A stretch of DNA of 64,000 bases from Monocercomonoides exilis PA203 (GCA_001643675.2 LSRY02000012.1:930001-994000), one strand, 5' to 3'; counted from the first letter of the stretch, positions 17,423 to 38,000 are shown. Made by a program: numbers and translations. Notes: generated by a model from the sequence alone, not told the origin.

Positions 17423-20400
17423 TCAACGATTTTTTTTAGACTTTTTGCTTGATGGCTTATCTTCTTTGAGCAAGTCGAGAAGACAGTCAAAAGAGAAAGG
17501 AAGAACTTTAACAAGAGAATGAAGCATCTTTAAATTACCAGAAGAGTGAAGGGTCTCTGCAACACTTCCAACAGACAATAAGCATTTGACAACAATCTTG
17601 TGAAAGCAGAATCACAATCAATTATTTGATTCAAATATGAGAAAAATTGTAATAAAAATAAAAATGAAAATAAAAATGAAAAAATATGAAAAGTTGTCAA
17701 ACCTCTATCTGCTCCTTGTGTGGATGGTCAGCAAATTCTCCGCTTTCTTTGAACTCTTTTGCTTTTCCTTTGAGAGTTGCCTCGGCAAAATGCCAGACAA
17801 CCTTGTTCTTCTTTCTCTGTTCAGATTCTTTCCCTTCAACCCACACTCCGCTTCGCCTGAGAACATAGCTGCAAAGCGAAGGAATCAGCTGAATGGAGTT
17901 GAGGGCAGCACAAACAGGCATCAGCTCAATCGCAATCTTTGAAGCACATTGCTCAAAGCCATATAACTCGTCGAAGAAGCGGATGCTGTTGCATACAGTG
18001 TCTATGTCTGAATGAAGCAAGGCTATCAAAACGATAGCTGAGAGCCCACGAATTGAGGAAGAAGAAGAAGAAGAAGATGTTGATGAAGATGAATCAGAAA
18101 TAAGCTGCTTAAAATACTCGCACAGAGACTGTGCAGAAGGATGTGAAGTGGAAGATGAAAAGTCCTTTCGCTTTTCATTTTCAAAGAATGGAACAGCACT
18201 CGACAAAGCCGGCGACACACTCACACAATCCGCAAAAGCCGAGAAGAACTTGCGCCAAGACGCCTGCGGGTGCGTCCGCAGCGTCGATATCACAACAGCC
18301 TGCCAATCAGAAAAGCGGGTGAGGAACAGCAAGCAGTCGCATATTGTCAGCCTTTTCTGCCACTGCGACCCTTTCACCGGAACTGGAAACGCAGGGGAAG
18401 CAGCTTTCTCCCACTCCCCGTTCGCCTCGGTGTCTGCGATGATCTTCGAGAGAAGACGCTCGCGCGAATCGCGGGCTGAGGTGAAGGAGGCCGCTCTGCC
18501 CCAGCTGTGTGCGCTGTTCTGTGTGCACAGCGACACCGCAATCGAAATGCGCTGCTCGAGTGCAGAGGACTGCTGGTCTTGCACGGCATAGAGGAGCGCG
18601 TGGTGGAGGAGCATGTGCAGAAGCTGGTGGGAGTGCAGCTGCATCAGCTGAGGGCGGATGAGCGCAGAACGAGCAGAGCAGGTCAGCTCCAAATCTGAAC
18701 TGGAAGAAGATAAAGTTTTTTCCTCTGTTTTTTTATCTTCCATTTCTGATGATGATGATGATGATGATGAAGCATTTCTTTCAGCGCTTTTGTCTGACGA
18801 AATAGACTTAGCCCCTTCAAAGCAATGAGGTTTCCCTGCCATCCACTCCACACCCACAAGCAGAGGAGACGTGCGAGTGAACGAAAGAGGCGCGATTCCG
18901 TGTGATGCCATTTCGTGTGAAGAGTGCTGGTCAAATATCACTTGCTCTGCCGACTGCTGCAGAGTCTTCGAGATCATCCAGAGAAGCACCCGTCCTTCTC
19001 TTGCAGACAGACTGTTTTCTGGTTGAATTGGAGAATTAGCTTTCTCAATTGATGATTTATTATTATCACTTTCTTTTTCTTCTTCTTCCTTTTCTTCACC
19101 TTTCTCATGATTATCCCTTTGCCTCTTCCTCTGCCACCCTTCCTGCGGTGTCTCAATCGCCCAGAGCTGCACGCCCTTCAGCACATATCTTGTGGCTGAG
19201 TGGCTGAGAAGGACTTCTTCTCCAGACAGAACACTCAAAAGCGTCAGAGACGAGTCTCGTCGCTGCACAAGATAGATGTGCGGCTGCTTCAGCACAGCAA
19301 GAGGCTCTGGCTCATTGGTCTTGCTGACTTGGAGTGCTGAGTTTGGTTGGTTTTCTGGTTGTGATGGATTCTTTTGCGCATTTTGTTGAGATGTTGCTGA
19401 TGATGCAGAAGATGAAGCCGATGCAGGAGAAGAAGATTTCGTGTTCTGTGTAGCAGGAGCAGCAGCGTCAGCGTTAGCAGCAGACGATGAAGATGAAGCC
19501 GTCTTTGAAGCAGATGCAGAAGAAGAAGAAGAAGCATTTGCGCTTGCTGTCTGCGCTGCTGCGATTTTCGCCTGAGCAGCGAGTGTCTTCTTCTGCAGGG
19601 GAACTGGCGTGATGTTTGGATCAAGTGGCACAGCAGCAATGATCGGCGAGAACTGGTGCTCTCCAATCGAAAGTGAGAAGCTGTCTTCTGAATTGGTTGT
19701 TGTTCTGTTGACACGGCGGTGTGTGAGGTCTGGAAGCGACGAAGGAGACGAGTGGAAAGAAGAAGATGTGGCAATGGCAGGCAGCAGAGGAGGAGGTGTG
19801 ACTGTATGCAGATCAAAGCCCAGGAAGTCCAACGTGTGTGGATTAGCAGCGACAGTCAGGAAATACGTGGTGAGGATGTTCTGAGGGTATGCAAAGGAGA
19901 GAATAGAGAAATGGCGTCCGTTTTCGCACATCGACAGTGAAAGTGGCGGCGTCTGCTGTGGAAGTGCCAGCTCGACCTGATGCAGCACTGTTGATGGCAA
20001 GCGCAGTGGAGGATAGACAGACGCTGGGCGTGGGGCAGACTTCGAAGAAGAGAAGGCTGTGGCAGAAGCGTCTGGCTGTCCCTGTGATTGTGATTGCGAT
20101 TGTGATTGCTGCAATGGCTGGACGTTTTCATGCTGAGCAGGTGTCAGCAGCGCCTTCTTTGTGAGGAAGAGAGGCGTGTAGAAGATGAGCAGCCTGTACT
20201 CTGCCGTCTTCTCTCTGTCGCGGTCTGCCTTTGGTGCAAATCCGGTCGGCGGAGGTGGAGGCGGCGGAGGTGCCTGCTGTGATGAAGGAGGGAGTGGAGC
20301 TGTTTGAGCAGCATTGGGCGTGTAAGTGACGACGATAAGCACAGAATCTGCCAGCCAGTCAGCACACACAATCTTCGTGCGCTCGAGTGCTGCCAGAACG

Positions 20401-22828
20401 ACCCAGCGGCCGTTTCGCCAGTCGGTGTGCATCGACGGAGACAGAGAAACAGACTCAGCTGAAGAAAAGAAAGGAGAAGGAACTGCTCCCACAATGGGGA
20501 GTAATGAGTAGATGCAGAGGCCGATGTCACCAGCAACTGCGATCTGTCGCAGCGACGGAGATGGCGCAACGATGCGGATGCGTTTGAGAGAGAAGAGGAG
20601 AGACCGGGGGATGAATATCGACTCTAGCTGGTTCTGAAGCTGCTCAGAGAGATCAGAAAGGCGCAGTGCGTCGCTGTCTTCTGTGAATTGCCCACTCATC
20701 GTTTGTTGTTTGTCATGTGCAGAAGTGTCCTGTAGTTGCAAAGGAGCTGTTGTGAATGAAGGCCTTTGGTGGAGCTTAGCTGCAGCGATGACGATTCGCG
20801 ATGAGTCAAACAGAATGGTGAAGTCGCGCGGCAAATGTGGAGAGGCGTTGTTTGACCAGAGCCCGCGGACTTCGGCGAAGCAGCCTTTCAGCCGAGGAGC
20901 ATCAGAGACGATGATGAGCGAGCCGTATGAGTCAGTCCAGCAGACAGACGTGACGGTGGCATTCTCACAGCCTGACAGAGAAGAAAGAGAAGCGGAAGAG
21001 GAAGAGGAAGAGGAAGAAGATGCAGAGGATGCAGAGGATGAAGAAGATGCAGAAGAAGATTCAGTGCAAGATTCCTGTTCTTCAGACGTGTCTGTCGCAT
21101 CCAAAGCGGAGCAGAGACGAGAGCAGCCATCTCCGTCCCAAACAAGAACGCCTCTTCCGCAGTCAAATCCAGCTGCCAGGCAAACACCGCAGCCAACGCC
21201 ACCGTTGAGCGGATGGAGCGTTTGAAACGGAATGGCAGATGGAAACACAAAGAAAGGCACGTTGGCTGTTCCGATGACTGGAGGTGCTTGTGGAGATTGC
21301 TCTGTCTTGTCTGTGGGGTTAGAGGAAGTTGGCTGTGAGGATTGAGAAGTTGAAGCACTTTCTGGGTTTGATGCATTGGATGATGCTGATTGTGACGGTT
21401 GCTGCTTCTGCTGCTGTTGTTGTTGTATTGAAAGAGAAGAAGTGACTCCCAACTCACCAATAGCCGACGAAGCAGACGGGATTGACAGGTTTGGCTCAGC
21501 GCAAAGAAGGAACGGAGTTGTCAGCCGCATCAGTGAAGAAGAGGAGCGAGTGGATGAGAAAGACAAAGAACGAATGGAGCTGTGTTGTGATGTCTGTGAA
21601 AGCGATAGGTCGTCAGTGATGATAGAGCGAATGAAATGAGGAAGGAAAGTGAACAGCAGCGGGCACTTCAGCGGCCCAATCGCGGAGGAGATGAGCGAAT
21701 CGTCGCCTTCGCCAAACCACACGATGTATCTTTGCCAGTCTGTCAGCGCAAACAGATGCACTGCCCCTGTTTCTGTGCCGACCGCAGCACGAGATAAGGA
21801 AGATGACAGGGCGATGGCTGTGTGACGGGGCGAGAAGCTGATATCCAGGGATTGCTCCACATTTTCTGCTTCTTTTTCCAAATAATCCATTTCTTCTGTT
21901 GTTAACAGTGGAATTGCAATGCATTGAGGTCTTGATTTTTCAATTTTTTTGTCGGTTGCTGAAGAATTGGCTTTTGTGCTTGATGTGGAAGACAAGTCAT
22001 GTGGGTTGATGATCTCGTCCAGTGGAAGCAAAAACGTCCATCCCGTTGTGGTGATGACTGCACATACATTTAAAAAGATGTTGCTTGTTATGCACTTTAT
22101 TCCAAGCTTCTCATCAGAGCGTTGATTATTAAAAACTTTGGCTGTATTTAGTGATATTGACAAATCAATGAGAAGGCTTTCAGAAGAAGAATTCCACCTT
22201 ATGAATGACATTGCAAGAGAATCTTTATGACCAACAAGAATTCCTTCAGTTGTTCCAGATACACAGCTTGCAGAGGATATTTGCGTTCTGTACACAATTG
22301 ATAACAGAAATCCAAGCTCTCTTTGAATATCATTTTTGAAAACAACTTTATCTTTAGAAGGATAATCAAATAAGATGTTCCATAATGTCTTCTTTGTTTC
22401 CTGTTGTGGTGGCTTCTCCTCGTATTTGCCTTCAAGAGGATGACGGAACAAAGTTGTCACATTTGGATCTCTTTTAGGGTGTAAAAGATACTGGTCAACA
22501 TTGCCTTTTGAAGTCTGAAAATTGAAGCATGAAATGTTTCATGATTGATTAAAAGAAGCTAGTTTTAGAAAAATCAACAAACAAGAACTGCAATAAATCG
22601 CCCATCGTCGTCCCACGTTAACGCAACGTTTTCACCTAGTTTTTGCACATCCTCTAAGTGCCTTTTTGTGCATGCCATGAGCTCACGTTGAGATCCGCTT
22701 GACCAGAGAGAAATAGTTGTTGCAGTCAAAATTGCAAATGAATCTCCTTTCGGACTTGCTTCAACTTGGATTGGAGTTTCATTATCATTTAAAGAATATA
22801 TTGAGGGGTATCCTGCAGCAACAAACAT
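17423..22828 (-). CDS. RIC1: RIC1-like Rab6/Ypt6 GEF subunit (beta-propellers plus C-terminal RIC1 helical domain), 3 exons, ~1743 aa
   Basis: Exons 22828-22583, 22514-17703, 17596-17423 (introns GTTTGT..CAG, GTTTGA..AAG). The N-terminus MFVAAGYP..FAILTATTISLWS..KRHLEDVQKLGENVALTWDDDGRFIAVLTSKG matches the RIC1 start pattern. Also IRIVAPSPSLRQIAVAGDIGLCIYSL and C-terminal LLHMLLHHAL..FLTRFSDWQAVVISTLRTHPQASWRKFF, similar to RIC1 'F..yl.vVv.caRktE...W..LF'. Confidence 0.72.
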
Positions 22829-23024
22829 GAGCTCTTTCTTTAACTGTGAAAAATTGTGAAAAACAACTTAGCAAGTGGGATTAGATCTTATAATTATTTA
22901 TTTTTGGATTGATTGGAGTGATAAATATCCTTTCATTGTTTAAATAAACATAAATTCTATAATTTAGATTAATGCTGTGATATGTCTTTTTCTGATTTAG
23001 CAATAAATCAATGATTAATGGCTC

Positions 23025-29197
<6,173 letters not shown>

Positions 29198-29654
29198 ATT
29201 TTACTAAATATGTTATTCTATAAACTAAACTGCACTTAAAATAGATTTTTATATTTTCTTAATGAGAAATAAAAAAAGTCAACAACAAACCAGAAAACTG
29301 TTAACTTAATTGTGGGGATGATCAAATTTTTGTCTTTTCTGGTTATTCTTTTTTGTACAAAATATATGAAAGTGCTGATTTTATTTTATTTTTAAATATT
29401 TGAAGTAAGAAATGATAAAATAATAAAAGAAAATCAAAAATTTATTAGACAAGCTTCACAAAGACAAAAATTAACTAATGCTCTTCACAAATTCGACATG
29501 TAAAAAGCAATCACAAAGTTTGTTAACTGCAGGGGAAAATAATTGGATTTGATTTGCTTTAGGAAATCCCAAATTATTACTCATTCCTTATTTTGAGCTG
29601 TTATTTACTTGAAAGTGCAAAAAACCACCAAAGAATTGCCAAAAAAACAAACAA

Positions 29655-32600
29655 TTATTGCAAAGTCGCGTTCAATTTTTCCTGATGCTTTTTTTCGTGC
29701 TCCTGAATTTCTGCTTGTAGTTGATCAAATTTCTCCTTTAGTTCGTCAATCGATTTGCTTTCTTTTGTTTCTGCTAGCTTAACTGAAGAATTTCCACAAG
29801 TGTCAGACAACACAGATGTGCTTGTCAACGTTGACTGTGAAGCATCTACAGAAAACGAAGGAAAAGTATTTGTTTCATCTGAAGATGAAGATGAAGGCGA
29901 AAGAATTGAGCTTTCCGTGTTTTGTTTTGCTTGAGCAGCGTGCCTCTTTTGATGGATAGACGCATAGTTTGCTGGAGCTGTTCCGTTGGCTGTTGTTGTG
30001 TGAACTGCAGAAGATCTAATAAACATTGAAGAAGCTGAAGCTGAAGAAGAAGAAGGATTGGTGGCTGTGAGAGGATCGTTCAGTGAAAGTGATGGAGAGG
30101 AAGCAGAGATTGAATAGGATGCTAATATTGAGGAAGCTGTTGATGGAGCAGAAGAAGCAGATGTAACTGAAAGATGTTGAAGAGCTGAATTTTGATGTGC
30201 AAAAGTGGAGAGGGTTGGGCGGAGATAGCTGGGCACTGAACGAGATGGAATTGAGGGATGTGGAGCAGAGGGAGCTTGGTTGATAAGTGAGAGAAAAGCT
30301 GTTGGGTGTGATGGTTGTGATAGTGAATTATTTGAAGAATTTAAAGAAGAAGAAGAAGATGATGATGATGATGATGATGATGATGACAATAAAGAGGAGG
30401 TGGATGTCAATGATGAAGATGAGGATGTGGTGGAAGACATGGAGATTTCTCTGTGTCGTTGCGCTTGCTTCGAATAAGAGCCCTGGTTTTTGAGTGGCTG
30501 AGGCTTCAGATCGAGTCTCGCTCTCAATTTGTCCTTCTCTTGTGTTGTGAACAGAGAAAGATGGCTTGAAGACGTAGATGGACGAAGTGTGGATTTGTAA
30601 TTGTTCACTTTCCCCTTTTGGAGTCCAACTGCTTGCCGAGTTTTATTGCTCACTCCTGACAATGCAGATGTAGAAGACACTCTTTGAAGCACTTTCTTAG
30701 CTGTCGCTTTCGCCTTTGAATTTCCTCTCAGTACTGAAGCTGCTGAATATTTGTACGAGTCTGGATATGCCCGTTGAGATAGTGAAATTATTTTGTTCTG
30801 GTTGAGCTTGTTTTGTGAAGCATATGAAGAATTGTTTGACGAAACAGACAGAGAAGAGGAGAAGCCATCGCCTGGCAAATCATCTCCTGCATCTAAAATT
30901 GTGATTTCTCCGTCATCAGCTCCCATAAGAGCCTCGTTAATAATATCAATCTGATCTGTTTCGTTGCTCTCTTCATTGGCGTTGTTCTCTTCTGAATGTT
31001 CAGGCTTGCTTTCTTCGTTTGGATTGTTTTCTACTGTTGCTCCATTATTTTCTGTTTTCTCCTTCTCCAAATGATTATCAGGGTGTAATTCTTCATCGGT
31101 TGTAACATCTTTCACTTCGATCAACGAGCGTCGTGGTGTTGGTGGAATAAACCTTGAAGGAGGAATGAAAGCATTTGATTCTTCATTCGATTCATTCCCT
31201 GAATTCTCTGTATTGAGTGCTGGTGAATGAGAAAGAGGTGACATTTTTGAAAGAGCTGCTCGAATTCTCTCAGATGAGGCTGAAAGCGGAGAAGAAGAAG
31301 CTGTGGTTGGTGACGAAACTGACGAAACAGACAAAGAAGCAGCTTTTCTTTGAAGTGAACGTGAAGAAGGAGTTTGTGGAATAATGAAAGCAGAAAGAGG
31401 TGAGCCAGGAGCCAGTGACGTTTGGCGGATGGATGCAAACAAGGAACGATGGGATGACTGCGGAACAGATCGATCAGACGAGAATATTTTGTGAGTGGAA
31501 AGCGGAGTGCAGAGAATGTCATTGCCTCGCGTGCTTAACAGCGCTCGACTTGGCGTTTGTATCGCTGGCTTATTTAGATCTTGAGCAGCTGACTCGTTTT
31601 GTTCTTTATTTGCCGTTGTATTTCCATTGTTGACTTCATTTAAGTGGTTTGAATTAACTTTGTTTAATGGAGAAGTGCAAAGCTTTGCTGCACCCGTCAC
31701 AAGTGACACAAGAGCAGATGTTGTGTCTGGAAACTCTTCAACTGGCTCTTCGTTGTTTGACTGTTGCAGTTTATTCAGAATCTGATCTTTTGGAACTTCT
31801 GCCAGATTTGGCTGAGTGCTTTCCCACGCCTGTTGTTGTGGTTGTTGTGGTTGTTGTTGCTGCGATTGTTGAAGATCAGTTGCAAGTGCAGACTTATCCA
31901 ACGAACTGTTCAGGAGCTGTTTGATATGACTATTATCTTTGTTGAGATAGTCAAGGCATAGCCATTTGCCAGCATTGTATTCTGCCACCGCATATTCATC
32001 CGCATTCCCTGATTCTTCAATCAGGTTGAACAGCACGTCAATCACTTGTGCTATCCGGGTGATGTCTTCTCTAACGTTATTTGTTGTTTCAATTAGATCC
32101 ACAATCTCGTTATTCTGTTCCTGAATGTGCTGATCAGACTCCATCTGTGCAAGCTCAAGTTCGTGTGTTTTAATCATCTGTTGCAGATGCGAAAGCCTCT
32201 CAGCCGAATGAATTGTATCTGTTGTTTTCTTCATCACTGCGAGCATCTTCCCTTCCATCGCTTGTATCTCATCTGCAGCCTCCAACTGATGGCGGTTGTT
32301 GATCTCTTGCGTCTGCTCGAGCCCTCGAATTTCTCTCTTCAGAGCACAAATCGGAAGAGGCAGTGCTTCGCCTTGGTGAACACGGTGCCATCGTCTTATC
32401 TCTGCCATCTTTCTGTTGATGAGTAGTGTTGCATTTGCTGACCCTGTCTTCAGCTGCATTAGCCGCTGTGCTGTTGTAATGCGCTTCTTAAATAGAATTT
32501 CCAGTTCTGTTTTGCTCTGCTCAAACAGCGCCTTCTCTGTCTCTTCCGCCATTCTGTCGGAGTCGATGCTTTCACCACGATGCAACTTCGCTTTCAGTTC

Positions 32601-34079
32601 TGCAACTTCAAGTCTCAACGATTCAATGATGTTTGTGTACTGGCTGATGTGATGCTCAACAGAGCGCGTGTGCTGCGTGGCAGTAACTCGGATGTTTTTG
32701 GCTCGATTCGCATATTTGAGCGTGTTGTGTGTGTCCTCATAAGATAGCGCAGACGATGATATGTTTGCAATCATTACTGTCTTCGCATTGCCTCCCAATG
32801 AATCTTTCAGCAAACGGGTGAGCTTGCTATCTCTGAATGGAATATATGCGCCTTTCTTCCCTTCGCTCAATGCGTTGATGCAATTGCCCAGCGCCAGCAA
32901 CGATTTATTGATGCTTGCTCCTTCCCTCATTCTTGCTCCTCTGTTTTGAGTTGCTGCAGCTCTTTCTGAGCCAGCCAAATCAATGAGAGAAAGCTTTCCA
33001 GTTGTCACTCTTCCACCAACTCCAGCCGTTCTTTCTGCTGACTCCAGCACAACTTGGAGCACAGCATGCGAACGTGAAGAGACCGCGTTAGCATCTGTTG
33101 CAGCGGCTGCTCTGTTTGTGCTTCCTTTTCTCAAAAGCTGCATCACATCTTCAGGAGAAGTGGGATGGTGTACAGACACTCCACTTACTTGCATCCCCAG
33201 GCTTGGATCTTCTCTCAGCTCCAGCCCTGGACCAGAAGACTTCTTGCCTCGCTGCTGCTCCATCATGTTTTTTCCGAAAAGAGACGCTGTTAAAGAAGGC
33301 ATTTGGGATTTGGATGATGTTGGTTGTTGGCGATTTATCGAAGATGTTGAGGATGATGATAGAAGATCTCGAATGACTTCGTTATAAACTTCGATGTAAG
33401 TGAGAGATACTTTATACTGTCTTTCAAGCTCATTCTTCTTCAACGCATCAAAAAGATCTCTCATCATTCTGAACATAACTCCAGGATTATCGTCTGATCC
33501 AAGCATGGTGTGAGTTTTGCCAGCACCTGAAACAAATGTTGATCAAAAAAAGTTTTTTCATCAAACATCAAAATAAAAATAAAATAAATAAATGTGTATA
33601 TTTAAATAACCTGTTGCTCCATATGCAAAGACACAGCAATTAAACCCTGAGAGAAGGGCAGGTATCAAATGTTTTGAAGATGCCTCATAAACCTCTTGTT
33701 GTGACGCTTGCTCATCAAATACATGATCAAATGCATAGCTCATGTCCAAGCAACGTCTTGGCATTCCTGCACCTCCCCGCTCAATTTGAGGCACATCTGC
33801 TGGATCAAAAATAATCAAATTTGGCTCAATCGTTCTAACTACAGTTTGGTAATGCTCTCTTTCATGCTTATTTAAAGGTCGTGTTCTAAAATATATTTTG
33901 TTTTCGTTTGTTGAAATTCAATTTTTATCATGTGCAATTTTTTAAATTTTTTAATTGTCAAAATATGAAATGGCCTTTTGAATAATTGAACAAGCACATT
34001 CAAACCTTACACAAACAACAACATTTGACTGATTATCCGAATTTTGTTTCTTTGTTTCAGGTTGTTCAGTCGATGCCAT
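29655..34079 (-). CDS. Kinesin-8 family motor (Kip3/KIF18/KIF19-like), 3 exons, ~1406 aa
   Basis: Exons 34079-34006, 33885-33611, 33526-29655. The spliced motor has VCVRTRPL, YAFDHVF, P-loop FAYGATGAGKTHTMLG (split by intron 2), switch I NAVSSRSHA, switch II LSLIDLAGSERA, and EGASINKSLLALGNCINAL..YIPFRDSKLTRLLKDSLGGN..YEDTHNTLKYANRAKNI. The ATGAGKTHTM, LALGNCINAL and EDTHNTLKYA motifs are kinesin-8-type. Coiled coil and Ser-rich tail follow. Confidence 0.9.
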
Positions 34080-34330
34080 TGAATTCAAAGTGACAATTTG
34101 AACTTTTGAAACAGTAAATGGTTGTGATCAAAAAATTTTAATTTCTCCTTTAAACGACAAGTTCAGAGGTTTGCAACATATTATGCTCATAAAATTATCA
34201 TTATTTATGATGTAAATTCAAATAATAACTTAAAACTCATTTTTATGTTTTGTGTGTTTTTCGCTCGGAATTTTTTTTGCAATCACTCTGATGAATATTA
34301 TTTATTGTAACAACGTGAAGCCTTAATAAA

Positions 34331-34729
34331 ATGGAACGTGATTCATCATCTTCTACGGATTTTTCCGATAATATGAGAAAAAGAACAAGTTTACTTCCAT
34401 CGAATTCAAAAAACGATGAAAACCATGCAATCATTCAAGATGAACTTATTGACAATATATTTGGGCTTTGCAAAGAAATGAAAAATATGGGCAAAGAATT
34501 AGGAGAAGAGATACAGTCGGATAATGCAATATTAGATGATTTTTCAACAATTGTAGCTGGAAATCAATCCAAAATTCAACGAGTCACAAAGGATGTTGAT
34601 AAAGCAGTTGAAAAAAGAAGAAAGAAAAACTGTATCAGCTTTTCAACTCTCGGAACAGTTCTTGTTGTATACTTCTTGACCAGCCTTTTGATAAAATTCA
34701 TCAAACCACATCCATTCGGACTGAATTGA
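34331..34729 (+). CDS. USE1: Tail-anchored Qc-SNARE, USE1-like (132 aa)
   Basis: Heptad SNARE motif QDELIDNIFGLCKEMKNMGKELGEEIQSDNAILDDFSTIVAGNQSKIQRVTKDV, with Asp at the central layer as in Use1. It is followed by a basic linker (KRRKK) and a C-terminal TM segment (ISFSTLGTVLVVYFLTSLLI). Confidence 0.65.
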   Translation: MERDSSSSTDFSDNMRKRTSLLPSNSKNDENHAIIQDELIDNIFGLCKEMKNMGKELGEEIQSDNAILDDFSTIVAGNQSKIQRVTKDVDKAVEKRRKKNCISFSTLGTVLVVYFLTSLLIKFIKPHPFGLN

Positions 34730-35056
34730 TGACATTTCAGAAATCTTTTACATAAATTTTTTATTTTAGGCAATTCAATATTTTTGTTTCTGTTTAATTT
34801 TTGCGTTTTCGATGTGAAATTATTCGTTATTCGTGTTTTAACTAACATCTTTGAATAACAATTTTTTCTAAATTTTTTTCATTCTTCGTGAAAATGCGAA
34901 TATATCCCAAATAGACAATTTTTTTTTAGTCAACTAAATGTCTCTTCCTCTTCCTTGATTGTTAAATGGTTTCATAAAATCGAATGCTCAGTGATCTTAA
35001 CCACCTTTTTTTATCGATTTTCATTTATTTTTCGACTTTTTATTCAGCAAAAGTAA

Positions 35057-38000
35057 ATGAAGCTCACTATCGATAAAATAGCTTCAAAAGTTGGACGGGT
35101 TTGCAATGATTTCGATTTTATTTTCGATCATCTCGTTTTCAAAATGATGCACTTTCAATGTTACCACCACACTCATAAAATTATTTGGCTTAATAGGCTG
35201 TTGATGTTACAAAAGTCGAAGAACTTGACTTAAGTTCAATGAAAATTGATGAGTTAGGACCATTTCAAAGATGTAAATGCCTGAAGAGAGTGAATTTTAG
35301 GTATTTTTGTTCTTAACATTTAAAAGGATTAAAAGTTAATTTCTTGTGTTATTCATAAAGTGACAATGGATTTGTGCATATTCGACAAATTGAAGGAATT
35401 TTTCAAGCTCCAGCTTTGGTGGAGCTTGATTTATCTGGATGCCCTGTTACAAAACTTAGCAACTATCGTAATGTTGTGATTGAACGATGTAAAAAACTTC
35501 AGATTCTTGATGGAATGTTTGCAAATAATTTTGTTAGTATATTTTAACAATTGAATGATTTTTTCAGTCCAATTGAAGGAAGAGGAAGCGGAACCAAAGA
35601 TCTGGACGAGGATGAATTTGATCCACTAAGTGCACCAACCTCTTCATCGGTTTCATCCAAAAAATCTCCTTTGCAGCAAAAGCGTGTTGAGGCACCAGTA
35701 AGTCCATCTCCTTCTGGGATAACGCACATTGCCTTGTTTTCAGAAGACCGAAAGAAAGTGAAGCCCAAGCCTAAAGAAGATGCATTCGATGATCCCCTCT
35801 CGGCAATGCTGGAAGGCGACGACAGTTTTATGGCCAGCGCTGCGCCCGCAGCAGAAGTTGTGTCTGTTGGTGATTCAGGTACTGTGCAGGCAATAGAAAC
35901 AGAGAAAGCAAGCACTAAAAATGATAGCGAGTTGTTTGAGTCCAAAAGGGAAGACGAAGAGATGAAGCGAATGGAAGCTGAGCTGAAGAAGAGGAAAGAG
36001 GAAGAGGAGCAGAGGCAGAAGGCTGAGCGCGAGCGTGAAAGGAAAGAGAGAGAGGCGCAGAAGAGGAAAGAAGAGGAAGAGAAGCGTAAAGTGATCGAAG
36101 CTGAGCTGAAGGCGCAGAGAGAGAGAGAGGCTGAGCAGAAGCAGATGGAGGCGCTGATGAAGGAGCAAGAAAGGCTCATTGCAGAAGAAGAGGCGAACCG
36201 CATCCAGAGAGAGAAAGAGCGTGCTGAGGAAGAGAAGAGAAGAGAGGAAGAGAGGAAGAGGGCAGAAGAGAAGAGGCAGAAGGAAGAGGCGGAGAAGAAG
36301 GCGATGGATGAGTGGAAAGTGAAGAAAAGCTACAAGGAATTCGACTTTGACTTGGACGGGGACGATGCGTCGGGCTTGTTGGAGCTGGATTTGTTCAAAG
36401 CGTCGCTGAAACACGAGAAAGGAGCGGACAAAGCGAAGAAGGAGAAGAAGAGTGATGACATCTTCTTGTCGGATAAGAAGGAACCGTCGTTTTTGTCGAA
36501 GAGCAGAAAGGAAGAAGAGGAGGAAGAGGAAGAAGAGAGGAAGAGGAGGAAGAAGAAAGAGGAAGAAGAAAGAAAGGAGGAAGAGAGAAGAAGAGAGGAA
36601 GAGGAAGAAAGAAAACGGAAAGAAAAAGAGGAGGAAGAAGAGAGACAAAGAAGAGAAAGAGAAAGAGAAAGAGAAGCGGAAGAGAAGAAGAGAAGAGAAG
36701 AGGAAGAAGAACGAAGAAGAAAAGAAGAAGAAAGAAGAAGAAGAGAGAAAGAAGAGAAGGAAGAAGAAGAGAAGAGAAGAAAAGAAGAAGCATCGAAAGT
36801 GTCTGCACAAAAGGAAAATGAGCCAACAGAAAAACGATCAGGAAGTAGCGATGTGTTCAGCCGATGGGGCATCAAAAAGAGTGGAACGACTTCATCATCA
36901 TCTTCTTCTTCTTCTTCTGAATCTTCCTCTTCCTCAACTGTTCCAGCGTGGAAGAAGAGAGAGGAAGAAGAAATTAAAAGAAGAGAGGAAGAGCAGAAGA
37001 AAGAAGAAGAGAAACGAAATTCGTCAATCGGTTCATCATATTCAGGAACAACTTCTTCATCGTCCAATGTTTCTTCTTCATCATCAGCAGCAGCGATTGA
37101 TACAGGATTCAGCAAAAGCGATGTGTTCAGCCGATGGGGACTGAGAAAAGGAGGAGGAAGTGGCAATTCATCTTCAACAACACCTTCTTCTTCTTCTTCT
37201 TCTGTTCCAGTATGGAAACAGAGGGAAGAAGAGGAAAGGAAGAGAAGAGAGAAAGAGGAGGAGGAAGAGAAAGAAAGAAAGAGAAAACAAAAAGAGGAAG
37301 AAGAGAGACTGCAGAGAGAGAAAGAAGAGAGGGAGAGAAGAGAAAGAGAAGAGGAGGAGGAAAGAAGAAGAAAGGAAAAAGAAGAAGAAGAAGAGAAAAG
37401 GAAAGAAGAAGAAAGAAGAAGAGAGGAAGAGAAAAAAAGAGAAGAGGAGAAGCAAAAAAGAGAAGAAGAGGAGAGAAAGAGGAGAGAAAGAGAAGAGGAA
37501 GAAGAGAAAGAGAGGAAGAGAAAAGAAGAAGAAAACAAAAATGCGAATGTTTCGAGTGGAATGGCGAAGAGTGATGTGTTCAGCAGATGGGGAGTGAGGA
37601 AAGGAGGTTCATCTTCTTCTTCTTCCTCTTCTTCTTCCTCCTCCTCAACTGTTCCTGCTTGGAAACAGAGAGAGGAAGAAGAAAGAAAAAGAAGAGAAGA
37701 AGAGAAAAGAAATTCTGGAAGTTATTCATCATATTCAGGAACAACTTCTTCGTCTTCAACATCCTCTTCTTCTTCTTCAGCTGCAATTGACACAGGATTC
37801 AGCAAAAGTGATGTGTTCAGCAGATGGGGAATAAGGAAAGGAGGAAGTGGTGCTTCGACATCTTCTTCAACAACACCTTCTTCTTCTTCTACTACTACTA
37901 CTGTTCCAGCATGGAAGCAAAGAGAAGAAGAAGAGAGAAAGAGGAGAGAGAAAGAAGAAGAAGAAAAGAGGGAAGCAGAAAGAAAAGCAAGAGAAGAAGA

